The notes under the pieces were generated by a model, which did not search any database, had not been told where the DNA came from, and saw only the letters and a program-made list of their open reading frames with translations. Below, one piece after another: positions 1 through 13,368 of a DNA stretch of 64,000 bases (position 1 is the stretch's first letter; each line of letters begins with the position of its first letter). The position numbers and the translations under genes are program-made. The stretch is taken from contig OZ316775.1 in assembly GCA_973851085.1 (NCBI GenBank), positions 8,928,001 through 8,992,000 of the forward strand. The letters run 5' to 3'. The DNA is from Ptychomitrium polyphyllum. Lineage: Eukaryota.

Positions 1-7
1 TCCATAC

Positions 8-1543
8 CTCAGCACGATCTGGTGCTGAGTAAAGACTTCGACAATTCGCACTCTGTGCTGTTTCATCTGTAACTAGGCATCCTGCACCACCCGCCTTTGG
101 GCGTGCAAAGAAGGGGTGGGTTGCCTTGCCTGCACTTAACCTCGCATTCTCCTGCAAAAAGTCCAAAGGAATTCAACACAAAATCAGGATGATTACGTAA
201 ATTATCAAGCTAAAGCTGGTAGAACCTTACAAATCAAGGGTACCCTCCCATGTGTCCATGTTACATTGAACACCAGCTAGGCAGCTGCTTAACTCAAAAG
301 CAGCTAAGTTCAACCAATACAAAATCTTAAACAGTACATAAATATGACCAGACTTTACTGTCTTACCTCAGCTGCAAGCCTTGCTTGCAGAAAAAGGTCG
401 GAACCATGCACTCCAATACATGGCTTGTTATCAATCACATTCTGCTGCGCCTTCCGTTTCTTCTTTGACGGTGACGCCTTGGATTGGTTTTTGGTGAGTG
501 AGGCTGCCATTTCGTGCTTTTGTTCTGAAAATGAGAGATCAAACGTTACACGACGTAATTCAAACTACAAGCCAAGTACTTGCGACACGTAACTCCAGAG
601 GAAAAGTTACCAGCCGAACGCTAGAGGAAATTAGTCCAGCTATCAACAAAAAGTTGATCCACATTAGTAATTCCCAATTGCTAGAACCGTCTGAGTGTTA
701 TGTGAGCTATGTCTATCTCAACATTCACAACTTTTCTCAACCATAAAAGGTGGACGTGCACAGGATATGGGTCTAACGAATGTACCAAGAGAGCGATCAG
801 GTCCCGTCTGTGCATCTAACAGAGGAGGTGCATTCTCTACCTCCTTTTTCTGATCCTTCCCTACTTTTGCCTTCTTCTTTGATGGTTTAATGTCAGATAC
901 TGTTGCCAAGGTCGCTGCGGGTTCCTGAATTGGTTCAGCAATACACGAATAAGAACATCCTTCATTCTAAATCAGAGACACCTAATCCAGTCAGCCATTG
1001 GGAGAACCATAAAAACCGGAGCAGCACAGACCCACAGGTCCCATCCAAAACAATCCTTCCTTGACACAGTCGCAAATTTGGAACACCAACTCCTCCGAAC
1101 ACATTAGCATGCCTCTTACACCCATCTTCTGTTATGAATCGACAAACAAATTCTCGTTGAGAACCATCCTTCCACACATACCAAACGCGGCCATCGAAAC
1201 AACTATTGTGAAAATTCAGCACCAGATTATTCTCCCACTTGGTAGTGTGCTAGATGAAATTGCATTGTGAGGTGCCTGACAATTATCAATCAGTACAAAT
1301 AACATCCCACAGATTGCTCCCCAGCATGTGATAACTCCCCAGCACAAACACTACCTGAAAATCATCATCCTTCCTCTCCTCCTCCACTTTCTTGCCAACC
1401 TCTACACTCGCCGCAACCCTAACCTTCTTCGACAACGGAGTGAAAAAACTAGCCGCAACTTTGGAACTCTTCTTCGCCTTTACCCCTGGCTCATCTCCCA
1501 CCAATCCATGCGAGTGCTCATCCTTCCCACCCTCACCAGCCAT
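8..1543 (-). CDS. ELG1/ATAD5-like (RFC-like PCNA unloader) gene, 5' exons only; continues off the left edge
   Basis: Phase-consistent GT-AG exons 1543-1355, 924-786, 524-367, 151-8. They give MAGEGGKDEH...DLFLQARLAAE|ENARLSAGKATHPFF, which resembles the DLRLEAKLxAEENSRxxxGRxxHPFF motif I recall from plant ELG1/ATAD5-like proteins. The AAA+ core is not in the window. Confidence 0.7.
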
Positions 1544-1998
1544 CTTGCATACCAATCACAACACCCACACTCCCCCTCATGATCCCCAAAACCCCAAACC
1601 CACAGCCGTACTCCCTCCCACCCCATCCAACAAGAGAAAACCCATCTCCACCTCCAAATCAGCTCGCCTTAGTACCCCCACACAAAGAGGACCACTTTCA
1701 TCCCAACACCGATCAATGGTGAATGGCAACCATGTGAGGACCCTGGAACCCTAACCCTACGAGATGCATGAGGGCCATCACCAGCAGAGTGAGAGACGAA
1801 AGGGGTCGAGCATAGCCGATCAGTCCCGGTTCCAGTTCGGGGGAGGCGCTTTGAGGAACAAAGCTGGAGCGAGAGGAGTTGATGGATGGAGTACGAGGGG
1901 ATGGGAAGCGGCGACGACGTGCGATGAGAGCGAGGGGAGCATGACATCAGAGCAGCAACGGCAACGACACTCCAAATGCAAAATAAACTCTAGAACTA

Positions 1999-2006
1999 TT
2001 TGGCGC
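1999..2006. promoter_or_regulatory. E2F-binding site TTTGGCGC upstream of the ELG1-like gene
   Basis: Matches the E2F consensus TTTSSCGS about 460 bp upstream of the ATG at 1543, as expected for a replication/repair gene. Confidence 0.45.
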
Positions 2007-5000
2007 CAGCGCCTCCCCTGGGCTCCCTTTCCCTCGCTTTTGCTTTCTCGGTACACACGGGCGCCTTCCCTTTGGTATCGCGATTGGCTTTAAAGCTCTT
2101 TTGCCTCGCTTTTTCTTCAACGAAGGAGAACCGCTCCGTTTTGGGACGAGAAAACCTTGGAAGTTAAAGTTATAGCCCCTGGAAGTTCGTCCGTCCGTCC
2201 CCACTCGTGAGGTTACTTCTTAGTGCTTTTATACATTTATAATTGTACAGAAACTTGCATTATATAATGTGTACTAAAGTGTAGATAAATTTTGTGTAAA
2301 GCATAAATACCAAGTCATGAATTCAATTTGTTAATTGGATGTGAGTATTTGTTATATCACGTGGTTCAAATTTGAAATTTAATGAACTTGTGTGAGCATG
2401 TATTGTACAGTATAGTGACTTGATATTTGCTAAGTGACTATTTTGAAAGGCAAGAAAGTTCTATCAACTAATAAGCATATTCTAAATAGTTGTATATAAA
2501 CTAAAAGTAGTAAAGTATTTTTAAGACAATCTAATTATATATTTTTATATGATTTCATTCACTCAAATGTTTTTTGGATTGAAAATATGTGAATGTCACA
2601 TAAACTAAGATGTAATTTACAATTTTTCTATTTCACTTCAATAATAATTAATTATATCAAAAAATCTAGTTCAAAAATGGAGTTTTAATGGCTTCCAAGA
2701 TAGGTTTTTGAGATTTAAAACGTCCATATTGGAAGAGATGTATGCTCAAAATTGATATTACATCCGAAATCTACTAGCTAGCTTACATTTTATTGACTGA
2801 CATATGCAAATTGAGTAAATAATGTGAAGGCGTAGATACACTCATAAGTTGGTAGTGTGCATAAATTTGACATTATCTATGCATCTTGTAGATTTCAATT
2901 AATTTAAGGAATGTTACTTGGTAGTCAATTGGTTGGTTTTTGGGGCACTGTAATGGTTTTGGGAATGCATCCCTTAAGTTGCATCTTTTCAATTCAAATG
3001 TTGCTCTGCTGATTACAGGGAATAATTTGAGGCTTTGAGAGGATCGTGTTTCTACATGATTTATGTCAAAACCACAGTTTCACATGATCTTTCACAACAC
3101 TTCTGTTCACAAGATGCCTTCAGGTTGACATTGCCAACCCTTCCAAAACTATCGGTGAAGTAAGAATAGCAGATGAGGTATCCATCCAGCTATTCTGCAG
3201 CCAACAGATCTGTTGGTTGCGCAAGGCAGTAAAACAGAGCCTGCTACCAATATCTGGAACATATTTTGATGTCACACTTCATATCCTCAAGATTAGAAAC
3301 TGCATACCTTCATATGTTCACTTTACCGTCTTTTAAATTCATTCAAAAATTAGTAAATACAGAGAATGAATCCCAATCCAGCTTAGTTTTTTTGTGTTAT
3401 GAGTCAACTTGTACTTGAACGACTTTGAACAAAGCATCTTTACGGTAGAGTAAAGATTGGGCTGCACTCTACCTCCAAACTATGCACAGGTTTTTTAACC
3501 TTCATCACTAAAACTACTGGGTCCACAGTATCTTGCACTATGTTGGTAACTGATAGGCCTTGCACAAACAAAATGTGGCATTTACAAAAGCATGCCTTAT
3601 CCAGTGATGCTTGACACAATGCTCCTGTTTGCTAAAACAATTCCAATGCCAGAAATGATACAGTGATACTGTGGTTAAAGGAGGAAAGGGATGCAAGAGG
3701 TTGAGATGACATTTTTGTAGCCAAAATAAACACTGGTACTAATATAGCATCATGTGAGACTCATCATGTTGGTGTATGGTGCACACAGAATAACAATCTC
3801 TTGTGATTACCGAAAGAATGGGAGCTCAATAAAAATGTATGTGCACTGTTTACTGTGAATGTATTTTAGGTGAAATGCAAATGTCAAATCACATAGACTA
3901 CTTGATATTAATACACAAAAGCACACTTTTTGCTTACCAAATATCACTTTGAATGGATTTGACATTTACTAAGTTTATTTAAGAGGAAGTTCTTCTACAT
4001 GCACATGCTTTGTAATTTACATAACACTCTTTAGTGATATCTCTAAACACCATCATCCAAGAAATAATTCCATCATCTATAAATACAATCTTTTTTTTAA
4101 AAATGTATTGCAAAAAAGACTAAAAGATTTCATAAATTGAAACAAAATTCAAGATTCATGTCTTTATGCATTTATTCCTATCTATCCTTCTTATTATTTG
4201 TTGATGCTATCTAATTTTTTTAAGTGAAAATTGCAATGTTTCAATTCTTCAAAGATACTATATATATTATACATTAAAATTTATATCCAATGAACCAATA
4301 GGAAATGATATATACTTAAGTAAAGTGTTATATATAATGTCATTTATTGTTCCTTTATAAATTCTTATTTCAACTTTGTGACTTTTCAATCAAATTTTAA
4401 AACAATTAATTGTAATATGTTGGAAACTAATATATTTTGCAAAATAAGTAAGGTAATTAGAATGAAAGCAAGTATTAAAGAATAAAAAGCCACTAATGAA
4501 TCATTCAACAAACTTCAATAGAAATTTATGGTATTTTATTAAGAAAAATTAGAATAAACTCACACAATGCTCAAAAAATACAAAAAAATGACTTTGATTT
4601 TTTGAGTTTTATAAAATCTACATATTGCACTCTTTAATATAAAAAAACCATCTTTTTACATAAATTGGAATGCCTAATTCTTGAAATTCTTCCAAAACCA
4701 AGAATAACATTCCAAAATTTATATTTTTAATGCATTAAAATAAATAATTTAAAAGATAAATTTTGTCAACTTTTTATCATAGAATCTTCAAACAGAATAT
4801 TTAAAAAAGAATGTTTGGATTTGGTTTCAATAAGTATTTACTACAGAATTGAAGATTAAAACATTTTATAGAATAAAATAGGTCAACAAATTTTAATTAC
4901 TAATTCTTTAAATAACATTACATATTGCAATTCTTGAAATAATTGTTTTTCAAATTAAAATTAAATTTGATTGACTATTATTAAGAGCCATGTTATTTAC

Positions 5001-7940
5001 CTATAAATTAGTTTTTAGAAGTAAAAAAATATTGCAACATGTAATATAGTTAAATATGCATTTAATTAGTGTATACAATTTATATCTTTTACATAATAGT
5101 TAAATACTCATTTTAATGTTTTCCAATTTAAATTCTATAAAATCTCAATTCTAATTGTCATTACAAGTTTTTTGCCTTTTTAAAGTTTTTTGAAAGGGAA
5201 GTGGAGGAAAAAAAGGATGATTTCATTAAAAGTTTCAACCTTTAAAATGGAAAAGAAGGTATAATTTTCTTCCACCTATTACAATAAAGTCTTCATACTT
5301 TGTCACCTCTTGAAATAAATTTTTGCACTATGTAATGGTGGTGGTGGTTTTTTTTCCTTCCATAGTTTTAAAGGTAATCACCTTAGTTACATATATATAT
5401 TAAATCTTAAAAGTAGTGGATATGTGCAATAAATTTTTTTAAGGTGCTTGATAAATAAAAATAATTACTTAGTATTGCATAATATCTTTCTCTAGTGTTT
5501 GGTGGAAAAAACATTCTATTCCACTAAAGCAAAGACATCTTTGCTCTTTTAAAAATAATTCAAAAAAATTAATTAAAAATAAACTATCTTGGCATGGGGT
5601 GACATATTGATTTAAAATTGAATGCAAGCTTTAAGTTCTCTTATATCAACACCTTTATAATTTACATCAATATTAAAGGTATTCATTATTAGTACAATTT
5701 TGAACTTTAAAAATAAGAAACAATCTTTTTGGAACAAGCATCTCAATTTAAATCGTTTTGGTATCCAGTTTCCATCTTCAAGTTCCATAATGTACCTACA
5801 ATGACCAAAACAAGTTCACAAATACGTAAAGAAAAAATAAAATTCAAATGCTTATAGCATACAACCAATTTGGAATCAAAAGATGAGTTTAGGCTTGTTG
5901 GAATAAAAACGCAATATAGAATGAGATAAAGCGACCGTTTGTTTCATTTGGTAAAGAAATGCGCAAGATATTTAGAGTCAAAATACAAATTCCTCCATGC
6001 TGAAATGCTAAGGTGTGGGAATGGGCGGCTATAGGGTGCGACTTGGGAGCCTAAGGGCGCCTTGAAGTAGAACCTAAGGCCAACTTGCAATTGAGGCGCC
6101 GGACTCTACAACCACAGCCGCTCACCTGGCCCAGCACTCCAAGTCCACAAGGGCAGCACCGCCAGAGGGGCAGTCCCGGGTGCCGACAACCCGGGACTGC
6201 TCCCCAAGCCTGAATTCCGTCCAATATTGGCGGGGAAGCCGTCGCTGCAAGCAGTCGTTCTTGCAGAACAGTGCAGCGAGTGCAGCTAGCTTGCCAAGGC
6301 GGCAGCTTGGGACTCGGGCCGTGGACTTTGCAGAGGATCACCACGCTCCGAGCCCAGTGGCGGTCATGAGAGACCTGCTGATTCCCGGGTGATGGCCCTC
6401 ATCTTGGCTGTCTTGTCTGCGATGCGCAGAGGTGAGATCTTGTGTCTAGATTCCATCAGGCGGGAGACTGGAGAGGGAGTAGGTGCTCCGCAGTGGCTGC
6501 GGTTCGGTGGGGGTTGAGAGTGCTGGTGGCGGCTGGGAGGGTTGGAGGACTGCACCGGGGTGCTTATACTTGAGCTGAGCGGAAGTTGGGTGGGAGCATG
6601 GGGAGGTTGGATCAGCTGGGATCGTTGTGATCCTTCGCGAGCAGACTTGTTCAGGTGAGTGAGACGAGCGTCCGGAGGGAGACGCCACAGTTATCATTCC
6701 AAAGGTCCTCAACGAAACATCACATTGGCAACTCGGACATGTTGGTTCAATGATGTAGTGTTTGGTGTCTAGCTGTTGCGGAAATATGATGTTGAGAATT
6801 TGGGAGACTTGTGGGACAGGGGAGGTGCGTACTTTTTATGTTCTAGAATTTGGAAGGGTTGTTTATGGTGGTGTTGGTTGTTCAATATAGATACTTTGAT
6901 TTAGTTGCTAGTAGATCAGAGGACGTGGATGTGGGCGGTGGCAACATGGTTGTGGAATTGAAAAATATTTTGCTTTTTCTATTGAATGTGCTGTTTTGGT
7001 GCATTTCTTGTGGGTGGCAGGAGATTACGTCGTTTGTCCTAAGGTTTGGGCAACGATGGAGTGGCAGGAGCAAGCTATAGATTGGGAGTAAAAATGAACT
7101 CATGTCCAAACTATGTTTACTTCCATGCACAGTAAGTAGCTCGTATCTACTCACTGGTTATGCAACTGAAAGTGCTTGTGAGTGCAACTAAGAGTGCAGT
7201 TCATAGATTTTTAATTAAAGGTAAAAAGGATGCAATTCAAGTTAATAGTTTTTGTGAAAATGAAAGTCCAGTGAATGGGAGCTTCATAAGAAAATCCAGA
7301 CTTCAAATAGGAAAAAGCAATTTAGGGAGGTAGGAAACTGCTCTCACGTAGTAGTTATGCAAAATAACCTGTGAATATCTAGTCTATTACATTGCGCCAC
7401 ATCAGCGAGGGAGAACCCAGTTTTGGAGTATTGTGGTGATCGGAAGTAGGAGGGCGGTTTCTGTGCATGAACGAGTGTTGGATTCACTGAAGTGGGGCGG
7501 TTTATAACGCATCTGGTGAGTATATTCGTGGAAGGGTTTCCACTCCAACCAATGCCATGTCTAGATTTTGATCAAATTGTCCTTGCTGTGGTGATGACCT
7601 TGAATCTGCCCAACTCTGCGTTTTTGGACTCTTCTTGTAGAATGGGTCTGAGTATTGGAATTGCAGCATCTGGATCCTTTTGAAGAATGAATGTTCACAC
7701 ACTTTAGTCCACAACTGATGCTCTTATTTAATGCAGCTCCCTAGGGGTTACTTCGTATGTTTCTCACAGAAGTACCTCTTCATGAATTTGCTTGAACATT
7801 TCATCTGACTTGAGGTTTGTTGGCTTGTAGCCTTATGACCTGTTTGGTACAGTCCCAAAAGAGGGAAGCCACAAGCATTGAACACACTACAAGTGTGTGA
7901 CTGAACAAGTATCCCTTCAGGACATCAAGTTCACGTCAAG

Positions 7941-10721
7941 ATGATGACAAGATTCATAAGCCTCTTTACCCACCCGCTCCTGGTCACATACTTTTACCTG
8001 TTTCTGTATATTGCCCTCTCCTCGGGGGTGATTCTTTACAATAAGGTCGGTGGTACTCTTTATTCTCGTAGCTGTGTTGTTCCACACATGGTCTCAGGTC
8101 ATGCTTAGTGCCGTAATTTTATCTATCAACTTAGTTAATACAAGTATGAAAATGTAGCCCCTACAATTGCCTGCGTTGTGGTTAATTCTGGTGCATTCTC
8201 TCTAACATTGTCCACGATTTTGCAGTGGGTGCTTTCAGACAAGTTGTATGGCTTTCATTACCCAATTTCTCTTACCATGATGCACATGGGCTTTTCTGGG
8301 GTGATTGCATTCATTCTCGTTCGCATTTTTAAGGTGCGAACCAACTTCCATTCTCTGTAAGCTAATATGAGGTCCACTTAGTCAAACCACTCTTCCCTCG
8401 GAAAGAGCCGGAGAAGATGTGGATTTCATCTACTGTAGCAGTTGCTGGAGATTTTACTATTTCCATCGTAATTGTGCAGGTTGTCGAAAGAGTAGAGATG
8501 ACTTTCAGCATGTAAGCTCCCACATACAAATGCATTCTTGTCACAATTTTCTCTTCGTGAAACCGCTTGTTCTCTTCCTAAGCTTCTCGCGTATCTTGTC
8601 ACATAAAAATCCTGCCGATTATTTATATTGCTTACGTCCGTGTTTTTCTCGCTCGAAGGTTTCCTTGTACAGTACTTGAACATTCTACTTGCTCAGTGTA
8701 AATGAAGTAGAGAAAATTCAATCGGAGTGGCTGTGGAGTTTATTCGTTTGACATGCTTCCTTTTATTGTTACCTCTGCCAGCTACATGTCCTGCGTGGTG
8801 CCGATCAGCGCTTTCTTTGCAGTTAGCCTGTGGTAAGCTTTACGATTGCTAAACCATCAAATTCCTAAGTTTGTGCACATCTGCACTTTTTTCTGTTGGT
8901 CAAGTCAGTTCCTACTACGTGTCTGGATTCCTGAAACGTGAGGCACTGTGTTTGCACGCTGAGGGAGCAGTGATATGGGTTATCCATTGACTTGGAAGGG
9001 AACTCGCATTGTTGCAGGTTTGGCAACACTGCATACCTCTACATCTCGGTAGCATTTATCCAGATGCTTAAGGCCTTAAGTAAGTTGCAGAGGAAAGACC
9101 TGGCATTTCCGGTGTAGATGGGGTTTGTTGGTGACTGCAGCAGAGATTTTAGAAATCAGCAAAATAAGTGCTTGCCCTGTTCTAGTTGCAAATATCCCAC
9201 AGGAAGTTCAAATCTGTTATTATTGACATGGATTGATAAGTTTGGGGGATGAGACGGGATGATATGGTCTCTGACATAGTACTTCCTTGCTGTTGACAGT
9301 GCCCGTGGCGACTTTCTTCATGGCCGTCTTATGCAGGACCGACAAGCCCCGGTGTGACATTTTCTGGAATATGGTGCTTATAAGTGCAGGTGTTATAATA
9401 GCATCTGTTGGTGAAGTTCACTTCAACATTATAGGAGTTATCTTCCAAATTTCTGGTATTTTGGCTGAGGCACTTCGTCTGGTGCTGACGCAAGTCCTCC
9501 TGCAGAAGAAAGGACTTTCTTTGAACCCTATCACTAGCTTGTACTACATTGCGCCATGCAGGTATGTTTATCAGGATAGACCTTTAACTGACCACTTGTT
9601 TTCTTCTGAATGTTGGTGTGAAGTCGAAAAAAGTCTTGGGTCCTTGCTGGAATTATGTCAATTGTTAGACTGTTACTTAGCTCAAGTTTACTGCTAGTCC
9701 AACGATGAATGTACAGTACAAAGCAACCTTAAAATTCTCACTTTGCTGAATCATTGAACCTTGATATTGCAGCTTTGTCTTCCTTGCTATACCTTGGACG
9801 TTTTTGGAGAGACCAATGATGATGGAGGCTAAGGTCGTAAAGTTTGATTTATGGATCTTCGGTTCAAATTCTCTATGTGCACTGGCGTTGAATCTCGTGG
9901 TTTTCCTTGTGATTGGTCGGACTGGGGCCATTACAGTCAGAGTGGCAGGGGTAATAAAGGACTGGATTTTGATTGGTCTTTCCACTGTTCTCTTTCCCGA
10001 TTCTCAAATAACGGTGATGAATGCCGTGGGATATAGCGTTGGTAAATGCTCTCAATTGTCTTGCTGTTCACGTTTATCAAACAATGTGGTGCTTTATGTT
10101 ATCAGTTCACTAGATTTCAGATTCCAAAATTTCTCATTGCTGCCCATTTCTTAGGCATTCTCCGGAACACAGATACACACATTTATGCAGTCCTTGTGTT
10201 CTTCTACAGCTTTAAGCGGGGTAGTCTTGTACAACTGTCTTAAGGCGAGAGAAGCGAAGGCTGCTCTTACTTTGCCTACTGATGCTTCCCCTGAGAAGAA
10301 ACCGCTGACTGTCAAGGTAAATCACCTGTTTAATTCTCAGGACAATAAACTTGCTAATCATGATCTGGGTCCTTCTGTATCTGTCTCTATCTACATTTTG
10401 TACACTGTGGTCGTCATGGTTCAACAATAAGCGCAAGTTAGAGAATGCGTTTACACAATGAATTATTTATTTGTGATGGTGAACATATTGGGTGGGCACT
10501 TGCAGGAGCAACAATTGCAGAGGAAGCTTGAGAGGAAGTCGTCGGATTTAACTACTTTTAAGAACACTGAAGAGAAGGAGATGACAGTCCTTCCCACTGT
10601 TCTAGACGATGCTATAGACGAGGAGGCCCCACTTTTGGTCCCCTGCACCAGTTTCAAAGAACGATCGCTGGAAGAGCCTTTGGTTGTCCGTCCAACTCAT
10701 GTGAGAGGATTATGTGCTTGA
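7941..10721 (+). CDS. Nucleotide-sugar / sugar-phosphate translocator (NST-TPT family, At1g48230/At3g17430-like)
   Basis: Nine GT-AG exons: 7941-8045, 8226-8333, 8480-8511, 8782-8832, 9018-9079, 9300-9561, 9773-10041, 10210-10316, 10506-10721. Motifs LSSGVILYNKWVLS, FGNTAYLYISVAFIQMLKAL, EALRLVLTQVLLQKKG, GRTGAITVRVAGVIKDW. GC-rich leader at ~6050-6654 ends in a strong donor (CAG|GTGAGT), suggesting a 5'UTR intron. Confidence 0.93.
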
Positions 10722-13207
10722 CTCAGCTGACTCTTGTATCTCCTTTTGTTTCCCTAGGAATTTGTATTTACTCGTGAAATGTTATGACCTTGTGACCTTG
10801 TTCTTCTAGGAAAAACCTGTTAATATCTGAGCATAAGCTATAGAAATAATCAGCTGTATATCTACGATGTAGAGCTGTGGATATGCTATTCAGGGGTTTT
10901 TGTGGTCTTAAGTTTCGTGAATTGGGTATCCGTCTACTCTCTGATGAAGCAAACTATTATAGAGTGGAATTCAGCTCTGGCTTGAGATCCCGTTTAATTA
11001 GTACTCAAGATGATAGTGGAGCTAAAATGAAACCGCCTAGTGTCAATTGTTTAAGTTGCACAATTCGATCAGAAGTGGAGTGCCATGCTATGAACGTGTA
11101 GAATATAGGTAAAGACCCAGGTATATAATTTGATTTTTAGCAGTTTCACAGTATTATTTGCTCTTGATGTTATCTCTAGCACCTTCTGGATATTCTGATA
11201 TGCCTTCTTACTCATTCTCGAACCAAAGTTTGCTGACCATTGTGGAACTGTACCTATTCAGAATTTAAAGTAGGTTGTGTGAGCAACATCGTTTGGAAAG
11301 CAACATTCATGAAAATTGATTGTATTTTCAAAGCGATCAATCACACAATGACCGATTCTTCATCAGACCATCAGATCGGATCAGCTCTCGAGTGTCAATC
11401 ATCAGCAACATGCGCACGTGAATCGTAACCAATGCCATTTCAGTCACCCATTGTGATGACCAGCACAAAGAGAAGAACATGCGGCTTTCAGCACCGACAT
11501 TTTTATTTTTCAAGTCATATAGGTGCATCCATCTCGGAGGTTGAAGTGGTTGCCTACCCTGAGGTTGTGATGTGGTAGGTTTCAGATTAAGCATAGATAA
11601 GCAGACTGTATTTGTAAGTGCAGTTAAACTCTGCATCATGAGACTGATTTTGTTAGGTGTTTAGTTATTTGAAATGATTACGGTTAGTACTTTGATGTTT
11701 TCAGCGTTTTGGTCTGATAGAGCGGTGGCCATTTTGTGTCGTTAATTAGTATGGTATTCTACCTACCTCTCTTTAGCAAAATGGAACATTGAACTAAATT
11801 TGTGTCTGGAGTCTACAACATGTGTAGCGTCTCCTTCTCGTATATCCATGTACCTCAAGTATTCTAGCTGAACCTGTTGCCTGTACTCTAGCTATTTCTG
11901 GTTTGTTCCGATCGTTGGTCCTGGCTCTGAGCTTTCGTACGATTTTTGTGAACTCAATCTCATTGCGCCTTGCTGCTATACGATCGAATGCTGATGCACT
12001 TATTTGCGATACATAACATTATCAGAAAAGAAAAAAGCAGAAAATGAAATGATCAGAAGGGGAAACCACAGAAATTACAAGTGTCGACATCAGATCTGAA
12101 ATACGAATATAACCAAAGGATGTGGCGGAGGGCGGTCAATCTCAACTCCCTGAATATCCTTTAGAACGTGCACTCCTTTAGCGAATTCACACTAACATCT
12201 ATGAAGTGAGTTCTTCAGATCATGATAAAATCGTAATTTGCTACATGAGTTTCCCTTGGTCGGGTGCCCCTGTCTACGCAGCTCTCTCGAACATAGAAAT
12301 TCTCCATAGAAACTTATTGGAAGCACGGCTATGGGTGCAAAGAGCCCACGGAGCCCCAGCGCTCGGTAGACTTTCTGTAGATCATCCCTTGGAAGACCAC
12401 ACACCCACATATACCCGGACATAAATAGCAGCCATTATACACAATTAGTTAACTTTTCCTGCCGATCAAGTCTTCAGCTCCGGCTAAGTTGTCATTCTCA
12501 AGGCATCTGTCTCTGAATTCGAACTAACTATAATGTGCTTTGTATTGCTCAACTTCCTGTCAGTGTTGGAGGTTATTGCTAGACCTTACAAAGAAGCAAA
12601 CAACCCCAAAGTCGGGCGAGTGCAAAATTTAAGTGTACCGACTCTGCACAAAATGCTTGCTGGAAATTGAGACTTGTCCAAAGAATGCATGACTTAGAGC
12701 ATTATTCAAGACATACTGCTCTCTGGATGAAGCCGAGACAGGTGAAGTAATCTTGTCCATTTTACAAGAATCCCAAAATTATGAAACTAGAGATAAACAA
12801 GTGCATTTGAACAGTTATTGAGGAGCGGTTCTTACTTGGTCAAACGGGCTCCGAGTTGATAGTTCTCGATGTCTAGCAGGCAAAGGTCGCCGACCGCACC
12901 GACAGATTTTCTTTGTGAAACCAACGATCATGTAATACGCAGGCACGACGACAAGGGCATGATCGATCCTGTCAACTGCACACAAGTTGGATCACAGCAC
13001 AGCGGACTTCGTTCACATAAACACATACGACTGTGATTGCAGCATGCAAGTCGACCTCGTGAACTACTGGACTTCGACTGAGATAAAACCACAAGGCTCG
13101 AAGCCAGTCAGGTTCACCGAAGTAGAATAAATGCATTCATGATCATCCAATATGACACAACCCTGCAACATTGAGTAGCTACTATATCCAACACCAATAT
13201 CCAGAGA

Positions 13208-13368
13208 CAGAATGTGCTATCAACCTTAACAAGACATCCCAGTCCAAGCAAGGCTACTAGCGATCAATCAGGTCAATTACATTAATCAGAATGTCCTATC
13301 AACCTTAACAAGACATCCCAGTCCAAGCAAGGCTACTAGCGATCAATCAGGTCAATTACATTAATCAG
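13208..13368. repeat. 79-bp tandem duplication (2 copies, 1 mismatch)
   Basis: CAGAATGT(G/C)CTATCAACCTTAACAAGACATCCC...CAATTACATTAAT occurs at 13208 and again at 13287. Confidence 0.95.

Noticed and set aside
1768..6402. 15-nt match GGTGATGGCCCTCAT between the ELG1-like leader (1768-1782, minus) and the NST leader (6388-6402)
   Set aside because: A few 15-mer matches are expected by chance in 64 kb, and the match does not extend.
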